64,000 nt of DNA, from IMG/VR virus record IMGVR_UViG_3300030737_000007, positions 27,895 to 91,894 of that record; one strand, written 5' to 3'. The notes beneath the pieces were generated by a model. That model worked only from the letters and a program-made list of their open reading frames with translations, searched no databases and was not told where the DNA came from. Source of the stretch: a virus. Both the position numbers and the translations under genes were made by a program. Positions 52,561 to 60,113 of the stretch are shown here, in pieces (within the stretch, counting starts at the first letter, position 1; each line of letters begins with the position of its first letter).

Positions 52561-55500
52561 TCACTTTTCCTGCTCAAACGCCCCGAATACGCTCAGCGCC
52601 AGCAGCTCATTCTGAACCGTGTCCGTCCCCCAGTTGACCTCAATCTGCATGTGGCGGCAGACGGCGGGGTCTTGGGTCTGGGATAGGTAGAACCGTTGGG
52701 CGTATGTGGTGGCGCTCGGCTCTAGCTGGGTTGGATCCGGGTGGAAGAACACGAGGGGTTCGAAGTAGCCGCCAAGGGTGGTATTGACGGTCAGGCCAGC
52801 TCCGGTGCCCGTGATGTTGGTGGTCGGGACCGCAGTTCCATTATCTGGAAAAGTCTGGCCGGACACTGTGATCTGGAGGGTCTCGGCCGCGCCACCCGCT
52901 CCGACAGACAGAACCCGCGCTACTCCGGGCTGCGCGCCAGGGACGGTGATCTGCACGAGGTTGCCGACCGCGTACCCAGTACCAGGAGTATTCGGTACTG
53001 CGGTCGCGAGGCCGGTGATATAGCTGATCTCGTCTAGCTGGACCGCCAAGGTTACGGGAGTTCCAACCGCCTGAGAGTCAGTGGTGATGCTCTCGATCAT
53101 GGCGAGTTGGCCCGGCTGCGCGAACACAATCGAACCGATTACAGCGTACGCGGGGTAAGCCACGCCGTTGTCTGAGTTCACCGAGAAGTCGCGTTTCAGG
53201 ATCGGGCCGCTGACTGCGGGTCCGACGAGGAGATCGCGGTTGCCGGGGGTTGTTTCGACTGACTGAACTGCTGAAAACCCGCCAGTGATCGCGGCTCGGG
53301 GGCACCAAGTGTTTCCAGTTTCTGGACTCGGAGTAGGTAGCATCCGCCACCACGAACCCACGTAGTCTGACACGTAGATTGCCTGCTCTCGGGAACCGTC
53401 TACGTGCCAAGTGACACGAGTGGTTAGAGACGTGAAAGTCTCCGTGCCCTGCGTCGGACCAAACTGGTCTCCGATCGGGAAGCCAATCTGCGATACGCCC
53501 GAACTCGGATCCAGAGTAACGAACTGGTTGTCCGAAGTGTACATGTAGATGATGCTGCCGTTGACCGCGAAGGCGTCATACGAAGAAAGCCCGATATTTT
53601 GGAGGAAGGGCGAAGAGAAGAGAGGGCTCGAACTGGTGTTAGTCCCCTGAATCACGTACACGTCCGAAGTCGTAAAGGTGGTCAGACCGCTGACGGTCGG
53701 GAACAGCCGAACTGCGGATGACGGGAAGGTAAAGACGTTGCTCGGATTCCACGCAGTGTTGCCATTGCCGACAGTGTCGCCGGGACCGTTCGAGAAGAAG
53801 ACCTGATTTCCCACATAACCGAAGATGCAACCCAGATGGAAGGTGAGTCCCGTGATGCCAACGGGCGGAGGATTGTTCTCGTCCGCGAGAGGAGCCTCAA
53901 TCTCAACGTCCAAAGAAGTGTCGGGCAAGTAGTCTGTGTACTGCCACGTCGAGGCCGCACCAACAGTCGGGTTCGGGACTGCATCGAGGAATAGGAACGT
54001 CCCGCCACCCTGAGTAGTTCTCCAAACCCAAATCTGGTCGATTTGCGGATCAGCGATTGTAGGTCCGAACAGAATGGCGCGATACTCACCCGGAGGCCCG
54101 AAGACCTGGGTGTTGAAGTTCTGGCTGACGGTAGGGGAGGCTGTAGACACGCTTTTGTCTACCGAGTGGTAGCTGTAGGCATACTGGACGGAGCCGGTGA
54201 ACACAATGTTGCCGATGCCCACGTTCATCCAGGTAATGTTTCCGTCGGTCGTCGTGCCGCCCTGAGTCGCGTTCCAAGCTGGAGTGGTCGCCCCCGAAGT
54301 TGAAGGGGACGTAGCCGAGATCATGACCTGCAAATTACCATTCGAATCTAGGATCGCTTTGTTGAATCCGAAGACGGTAGATGGAGACCACGATACGATC
54401 GGACCCGCGTTGGTCCAAGTGATCGTGTTATCCGAGGTGGGTCCCCCTGCGGTGGGAGTGCCGACTGTAGTAGTGGTGGTTGTGCCGCCGACCGTCGTGG
54501 ACACTGTGGTGTAGGTTACGGCGGGGATCTGGCCGTTCCATGCGGGGACAGAACTCCCCGACTGCCCGGCGGTGCTTACGAACTGGACATTGTTGTTGGT
54601 ATCCAGAATGGAGTAGTACAGCGCGTACGGAGTGTTAGGACGCCATGTCCGGTAATTTGGGTTCTGGGAGATCGTGGGCGCGACCGTCGGTGTAGCAAGA
54701 CCCCAGTTGTAAAGAGGGACGCCGAAGTTTCTCCATTGCACGTTGCCATCGTTGGTCACACCGCCAAGAGCAGGGTTGAATGCAGGAAGAGTCGCTCCGC
54801 TCTGGTTCTGGGTCGCGGTGTTCTGGGAAGTAGCAGTGCCGGTTTCACCCGAAGGACCGAAGGGAGTAGTGGCGGGGGCCAGCACAGCTACCTGATCGGC
54901 GTTCGCGCCGTAGACAGTAGGCGACTGGATGGCGAGCGTTGTACCGTTCAACCCAGTGAAGACGGTCATCCCGTTGAATGTGAGTGAGGTACCCACCGTC
55001 CAAGGAACAGTCTCGTTGAACGTGATCAAAGCGTAGTAAACACCGCTGATCGAAGAGATCAGGATGTTCGTTATATTCAGGGTGAACGCAGACTCCGCAA
55101 CTTGGAGGAAGCCGTTGGAGTCGAGAATATACGCGCCTTGGTTGAACACCGTATTCGGAGCCCAGACAAGCGAGGGCGTTAGCAGCTTCTTCTGATCCGG
55201 GCCGTCCGAGAAATACAACGCGTTGCCGACCGACTGGAAGCTGGTAAACCCAGCTCCTGCGCTCTTGGTGAAGAGTACGTCCTGTGTATCGGGGCCAGTG
55301 GCGTCGTATATAATCCCGCCGTCAGACAGTGTCATCGTACCCGTATCAGGGGTAGGGCCGCTGTTGACGTGACTGGAACCTACGTTGAAGACCGCAGATC
55401 CGGGAGTCGAGGACAGAACCGTAAAACTCAGACCGTTGAGGCTGGTGTTGACGGTCATCCCAGCAAAAGCGACCGAGGTGCCGACGGGTATAATGTATGA

Positions 55501-55944
55501 CCCCGCGTACATGAGGATAGCTTCTTGGAACCCGAGACCGGAGTTATACACCAGCTTAAGAGTCGAGATATTCAACACTTGCGAGGCCGCGGTGGAATCT
55601 GCGATGACCTGGATGTTCTCAGTGGACGAGGTCTGCGACTGGTTGAATGTCGAGGTGCGGTTCTCGTAGAAGCGGTCGATCGGTGGGAAGGTCTTCGAGT
55701 TGTAGACTGTGAGGCCCGGACGCCGGATGAGGGTCAGCTTGGAGCTCGTCTCGCAGTTCAGCCCGTCTACTAGAGCGTCGCCGCGCGAGCCGTAGAACTC
55801 TTCCTCGATATGCCCAGACGCCGCGTCCCTCAGCGGGCTACGGTTGGTCCAGATACCGTCATACGAAAGACGGTTGCTCCAGAGGATTCCGTAGCGTACG
55901 GGTTTGGACGGCTGCGCGCCTTTTGTTGCGAGGAGATTTCCCAT
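52561..55944 (-). CDS. tail nozzle / packaged-DNA stabilisation-like protein with inserted repeat domains
   Basis: 1127 aa beta-rich; RRPG near the N-terminus; repeated W.P.T....ILDSNG.LQ...TTDG.ITW modules. Confidence 0.6.
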   Translation of the reverse strand: MGNLLATKGAQPSKPVRYGILWSNRLSYDGIWTNRSPLRDAASGHIEEEFYGSRGDALVDGLNCETSSKLTLIRRPGLTVYNSKTFPPIDRFYENRTSTFNQSQTSSTENIQVIADSTAASQVLNISTLKLVYNSGLGFQEAILMYAGSYIIPVGTSVAFAGMTVNTSLNGLSFTVLSSTPGSAVFNVGSSHVNSGPTPDTGTMTLSDGGIIYDATGPDTQDVLFTKSAGAGFTSFQSVGNALYFSDGPDQKKLLTPSLVWAPNTVFNQGAYILDSNGFLQVAESAFTLNITNILISSISGVYYALITFNETVPWTVGTSLTFNGMTVFTGLNGTTLAIQSPTVYGANADQVAVLAPATTPFGPSGETGTATSQNTATQNQSGATLPAFNPALGGVTNDGNVQWRNFGVPLYNWGLATPTVAPTISQNPNYRTWRPNTPYALYYSILDTNNNVQFVSTAGQSGSSVPAWNGQIPAVTYTTVSTTVGGTTTTTTVGTPTAGGPTSDNTITWTNAGPIVSWSPSTVFGFNKAILDSNGNLQVMISATSPSTSGATTPAWNATQGGTTTDGNITWMNVGIGNIVFTGSVQYAYSYHSVDKSVSTASPTVSQNFNTQVFGPPGEYRAILFGPTIADPQIDQIWVWRTTQGGGTFLFLDAVPNPTVGAASTWQYTDYLPDTSLDVEIEAPLADENNPPPVGITGLTFHLGCIFGYVGNQVFFSNGPGDTVGNGNTAWNPSNVFTFPSSAVRLFPTVSGLTTFTTSDVYVIQGTNTSSSPLFSSPFLQNIGLSSYDAFAVNGSIIYMYTSDNQFVTLDPSSGVSQIGFPIGDQFGPTQGTETFTSLTTRVTWHVDGSREQAIYVSDYVGSWWRMLPTPSPETGNTWCPRAAITGGFSAVQSVETTPGNRDLLVGPAVSGPILKRDFSVNSDNGVAYPAYAVIGSIVFAQPGQLAMIESITTDSQAVGTPVTLAVQLDEISYITGLATAVPNTPGTGYAVGNLVQITVPGAQPGVARVLSVGAGGAAETLQITVSGQTFPDNGTAVPTTNITGTGAGLTVNTTLGGYFEPLVFFHPDPTQLEPSATTYAQRFYLSQTQDPAVCRHMQIEVNWGTDTVQNELLALSVFGAFEQEK

Positions 55945-55962
55945 TAGTTAGAGTTCCAGGTG

Positions 55963-55991
55963 TTGACGGGGCGAAGAAAAGGTGATAGGAT
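55963..55991 (+). promoter_or_regulatory. promoter of the endonuclease moron
   Basis: TTGACG-17 nt-TAGGAT, TG-extended. Confidence 0.65.
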
Positions 55992-56000
55992 TAAAGGACA

Positions 56001-56696
56001 ATGCCGAATCCGCACAATAAGCTCCCTCAAGAAGTAGGAGAAGAACTAGCACGGTTGTATGCCTCGGGTCTGGAGAGCAGAGTCGTGGCTGCTCAAACGG
56101 GATATTCTCATTACACAGTTATTAGCTGGGCCAGACGGCTGGGTGTTCCAATTCGACGTTCTCCGGGGAAGTACGTAGTAGAAATAAAAGTCTGCAAGAA
56201 ATGTGGAGTCGAAAAAGCAGCAAACGATTTTTATAAAAACCGGGAGAACTTAGACGGGTTGACCGGGTATTGTAAGGCCTGTGAAACCAAAAGACGGGAT
56301 GAAAAAGACCCCGACTGGCGTAAAAAGCTGCTCCAAGCGACCAAGAAATATCGGAAGGAAAATTTCCTAGGGTCGCGAGAAAAAGGGCTCAAACGTCGGT
56401 TCAAAATTACGCTAGAAGATTTCGACCGAATGCTCTCTGCGCAGAACAACGCGTGTCTGGGGTGCGGCGTGGCCAACCCTGAAAATAAAAGAAGGTTCTG
56501 GCACGTAGATCATGACCACGCTTGCTGTGACCAAAAAGATAGCACATGCGGAAAGTGTCTACGAGGAATACTTTGCCGCGGATGCAATATGGCTCTTGGC
56601 GGTGTAAAAGACAACGTAGAAACACTTAGAAATCTAGCCGTGTATCTTGAAAATAGTAAAATAAATCCTTTAGAATCAATACCACGGCCCCGGTGA
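56001..56696 (+). CDS. HTH + endonuclease VII-like homing endonuclease
   Basis: K.CKKC..EK....F......DGL..YCK.C; VDHDH.CC......CGKC.RG.LC..CN. Confidence 0.85.
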   Translation: MPNPHNKLPQEVGEELARLYASGLESRVVAAQTGYSHYTVISWARRLGVPIRRSPGKYVVEIKVCKKCGVEKAANDFYKNRENLDGLTGYCKACETKRRDEKDPDWRKKLLQATKKYRKENFLGSREKGLKRRFKITLEDFDRMLSAQNNACLGCGVANPENKRRFWHVDHDHACCDQKDSTCGKCLRGILCRGCNMALGGVKDNVETLRNLAVYLENSKINPLESIPRPR

Positions 56697-57761
56697 GTAC
56701 GGGTAGGCGGCTCCGATATCCATAGCGTTGGTCCACGGGTCGTACCCTCCCATTATGGATTGTCCAGGATATAATTGATTGTCTTCCTGTTGTCTATCTC
56801 CCGCTCGCACGGCTTTAAATAATTGTTCCTCCCACTCGCCGTAGGATTGTTGAGAATCCTTGCTTCCATTAAACATCTTAAGACTGGCCCTGAGTCCCGC
56901 TCGTACAAGATACATCATCTCGTTCGGAATCGGATCCATCGTCTGCTGCATCGTGCGGATTCTCGGCGGACGCTTTTGGTAGCGCGCTTGAATCAGCCAG
57001 CACAGACCATTCAAGGCCGGGACCGGACTCAGCCGCAACGCGTAGGCATCTGGGTCAGCCACGCACCATGTAACGGTTCCGTCGGCTACCAACGTTCCCG
57101 GTGTCGCGTTCGGAACAGCAGCAGGCTGGGTTGTCCCAGAAGTACCGTATGGCGAGTTTGACGGAAGCGTAATAACGTTTCCAACATATCCTGGAGACTC
57201 GATATTCAATCCAAGCTGAGTGCTGTCGATGAAAAGGATATTGCCGTTTACGTCAACGAACTGGTTGATCGGAACCCGCGGAGTTTGCGCAACGCCGTAA
57301 CCCGGGCCATAGACCGTATTCGCCTGCCACAACCCCATAAACGCGAGTGAGTTCTGGATGAAAGAGATGTTGAACGGCACACCCTGAAAACTAGTCTGCG
57401 CAAGATCGCGTACCGTTTCAAGCTGGAACACTGGCTTAGGCGCACCGTTATCATTCGACGTGGAGTTATTGATGTCAATCCGCCACGCGTCTTCAAGCCA
57501 ACCGATGTCCGTAATGTTCGAACAATAGTCCTGTTGCAAGCTGACGGTGATAAAGGCCGGGAAGTTTTTACGGTTCCACTTCCACGGCATGTTCTCTGCC
57601 AAAACGCGGGACATGACTTCGTTCGCCAGCGTGAGCATCGGCTCGGAGGAATAACCCGCCGCGCCGCCGAGGACGTTGTAGAACTCCGGATTGCTCTTTA
57701 GCTGGTTGGCAAGCTGCTGGACGGTTGTCGAGTAGGCTTGATCACCGGGGATAACAGGCAC
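56676..57761 (-). CDS. head-tail adaptor / tail tubular A-like protein
   Basis: AN.V.......PWKW pattern; position upstream of the nozzle gene. Confidence 0.5.
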   Translation of the reverse strand: MPVIPGDQAYSTTVQQLANQLKSNPEFYNVLGGAAGYSSEPMLTLANEVMSRVLAENMPWKWNRKNFPAFITVSLQQDYCSNITDIGWLEDAWRIDINNSTSNDNGAPKPVFQLETVRDLAQTSFQGVPFNISFIQNSLAFMGLWQANTVYGPGYGVAQTPRVPINQFVDVNGNILFIDSTQLGLNIESPGYVGNVITLPSNSPYGTSGTTQPAAVPNATPGTLVADGTVTWCVADPDAYALRLSPVPALNGLCWLIQARYQKRPPRIRTMQQTMDPIPNEMMYLVRAGLRASLKMFNGSKDSQQSYGEWEEQLFKAVRAGDRQQEDNQLYPGQSIMGGYDPWTNAMDIGAAYPYSPGPWY

Positions 57762-57840
57762 TTTAGTTCCTTTTCCAGATAATGGAATTTACAAATCACG
57801 AATCCAACCGAATAGCCAGTCCAGCAACTTCCCCCACCAA

Positions 57841-58221
57841 CTACTGGACGGTGACGGAGAAACCGGTGGGGGGCTGAGGAGAGAGGGTGCCCGTGGCGAT
57901 ATTGGACGCGGCGGAGGTTGCTCCGTTGAGAACAGTCACACCGTAGTAGGAGTACTGCCCTGCCGTAACCGTAGTGTCTACGTAAGGCCCGGCAGCGGGC
58001 AGACCCGAGACCAGCAACGTAAAGGACGACAACGCGGTGCAGGGTGTTCCGACGCAGCGGTAGATGCTGACCGGGCCGGGCGTGGTCGAAGTTACCCAGC
58101 TAACAGTGGCGGAATTGCCGGTCGTAGTCTGCGCGAAGGCTACTTTGAACGCAGGGTGGGTGTTCTGCTGGGCGACCAGCGGAAGAGCGAAGAAGGCAAG
58201 AAGTAAGGCGAGGGTTTTCAT
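57841..58221 (-). CDS. signal-peptide-bearing FN3-like protein
   Basis: MKTLALLLAFFALPLVAQ; VSW, IYR, YVDT.V..G.YSY.V, S..SN. Confidence 0.65.
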   Translation of the reverse strand: MKTLALLLAFFALPLVAQQNTHPAFKVAFAQTTTGNSATVSWVTSTTPGPVSIYRCVGTPCTALSSFTLLVSGLPAAGPYVDTTVTAGQYSYYGVTVLNGATSAASNIATGTLSPQPPTGFSVTVQ

Positions 58222-58229
58222 AAATCTCC

Positions 58230-60113
58230 TTAGAAACTTGTGCCGGGGGAGGCGGTGAATCCTATTGAAAATTGAACTCCGAGAAAGGTGGGCGGAGCAA
58301 CGCCTGGTTCAAGCGCACCGATTGCTGGCGGGTTAGGCCGCGTGACGCCTACAAAGTCCAGCGTAGAGGCGAGGCTGGAAGCTCCTGCACCGATTGCGGG
58401 TGACCCACTTTGCAGCTCAAGGTTCGTCCAGGGTCCCGGCGTCGTCACGCTCGCAAATTTGGGATTCGTTGGGATGGCCTGCGAGGTAAGCGAGGATGCT
58501 GGCGACGTGCTTCCCGGCGTTGAGGCGCTGTAGAAAATATTATTGCTTCCCGTGAGCGTCGGACCAGAGACTCCAGTGTTTGAGAGGTAAACATTCTGCG
58601 TCCCGGTGTTGGTATACGCTGGCTGGGCAATGATATTGTTGACAAGGTTCAGTGTTAACCCCGTCTGCGCGTTTTCATAGAAGGCCAGAATCGCACTCGC
58701 GTTGTTCACGTTATTCGCGTTCAAATCGGAAGAACAGTCCCATAGCGTGTTGTTGTAGATGTTCACCGTGCCGCTCCCCGCCGTTGTTGCTTCACCCGGG
58801 GAGGCAATGCAGGCATGGTTCCCGTCTGAATCGCTCGCCGCCTGAATGCCAACGTGGTGGACGATGTTGTTGTAGACGTTGATCGGACCTTGCGTTGGAT
58901 CTAGGGTGGCTAGATTGATTCCAGCGCCATTCGCTCCCTCGATGTCGTTGTCATGGATGCTGAAATTTCCATAGCCTAGCGAGTCGTCGGGGCCGTAATT
59001 GATCTGTATCCCGTTGTAGGTACAGACGCTGGCGATCTTGTTCCAGCCGATTTCTTGTGTGTTCCCGTAGACATAGATCGAATGGTACTGCTTGTTCGAC
59101 AGGCCGCCCGGTGCAGCGCAACCCGCACCAGTCACATAGTTTCCCAATACCTCGTCGTTCGTGCTGGAATCAGCTTCAAAGCCTCCGGATAGCGCTCCAC
59201 TTGATCCATAACAGTCTGGACACTGGATAACGTTGTTGACCGTGCGCATGTCTGGTCCTGCCGAGGTCTCGCCGAAGGATAGGGCACTCCCAGCAGCGGA
59301 TGAGGTCGAGGTTCCGGTGAGAGTCAGTCCTGCCACCACCATGTACTCGTCTGAGTAGTCGCGGATGCCGCCCGTCACGTAGCCGTCACCGCCAATAATT
59401 ACAGTAGCTCCGGGCCTCGCCATGACGGTAGTTGGAATGGCTGCCGTGAAGCCGCTGTCGAACGCAAGCGCGGAAAATAACTGGCCACCGAAGTAGGGGA
59501 AGTTCGCTCCGTTCAGGAAGACGAGGGTATCGCCCTGCGCGAGGCAGTTGTAATAGGGCTGCGGCGTTCGGGCATTTGTAGCTGGCCCCGTGTTGCCGCT
59601 TCCGCCGTTCAGTCCTATGCTTACCACGTTGGTCAGCGTCCACGGGCTTGTATAGGTGCCACTCCCACCCAGCCCATCGCCCGCCGTGCCGTTCTTGAAG
59701 TTTGCGCAGGTGAACGCTGTTCCTGTCGTCACGTTGTCGATGCCCGCGCCGATGTAGTAGATCGATCCTGAGCGAACCGTGAAGCTTAGATTAGAGCACG
59801 ATCCACCCGGCGCGGTGATCACGATGCTTCCACTCCCCGTTGTCCCACTGGGAACCTGAAAGCCGAGTTGTTGACGATTGCCCGTATTGTCCGCGCCGAG
59901 GTAAATCTTGTTGGTGACGGCGGTACCGTTGACCGTGATGGTTATTGCCGAAAGCGAAGATCCGAATCCCGTACCGAACACATCGACATACGTTCCGCCG
60001 CCGCCCTCACCGCCGCTTGCTGGACCCGATTGCACATCTTGGTACATGCAGACGGGCGCAGCGTGAGCAAGGGCAGGACAGAGCAGCGCGAGGATGATGA
60101 GTAGTGTTTTCAT
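58230..60113 (-). CDS. beta-helix (pectin-lyase-like) protein with IPT-like N-domain and signal-peptide-like start
   Basis: V.VFGTGFG (IPT-like); repeated I.NN / YNNT; L..GSPAI.AG...IGA.E tail. Confidence 0.7.
   Translation of the reverse strand: MKTLLIILALLCPALAHAAPVCMYQDVQSGPASGGEGGGGTYVDVFGTGFGSSLSAITITVNGTAVTNKIYLGADNTGNRQQLGFQVPSGTTGSGSIVITAPGGSCSNLSFTVRSGSIYYIGAGIDNVTTGTAFTCANFKNGTAGDGLGGSGTYTSPWTLTNVVSIGLNGGSGNTGPATNARTPQPYYNCLAQGDTLVFLNGANFPYFGGQLFSALAFDSGFTAAIPTTVMARPGATVIIGGDGYVTGGIRDYSDEYMVVAGLTLTGTSTSSAAGSALSFGETSAGPDMRTVNNVIQCPDCYGSSGALSGGFEADSSTNDEVLGNYVTGAGCAAPGGLSNKQYHSIYVYGNTQEIGWNKIASVCTYNGIQINYGPDDSLGYGNFSIHDNDIEGANGAGINLATLDPTQGPINVYNNIVHHVGIQAASDSDGNHACIASPGEATTAGSGTVNIYNNTLWDCSSDLNANNVNNASAILAFYENAQTGLTLNLVNNIIAQPAYTNTGTQNVYLSNTGVSGPTLTGSNNIFYSASTPGSTSPASSLTSQAIPTNPKFASVTTPGPWTNLELQSGSPAIGAGASSLASTLDFVGVTRPNPPAIGALEPGVAPPTFLGVQFSIGFTASPGTSF

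Larger units (their letters stand above)
3624..57787. repeat. dispersed 15-bp motif A, consensus KTCCRGATAATGGAM (about 31 copies)
   Basis: 25 copies with the exact 13-bp core TCCRGATAATGGA plus 6 one-mismatch copies, counted by eye (listed in findings). Confidence 0.95.
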
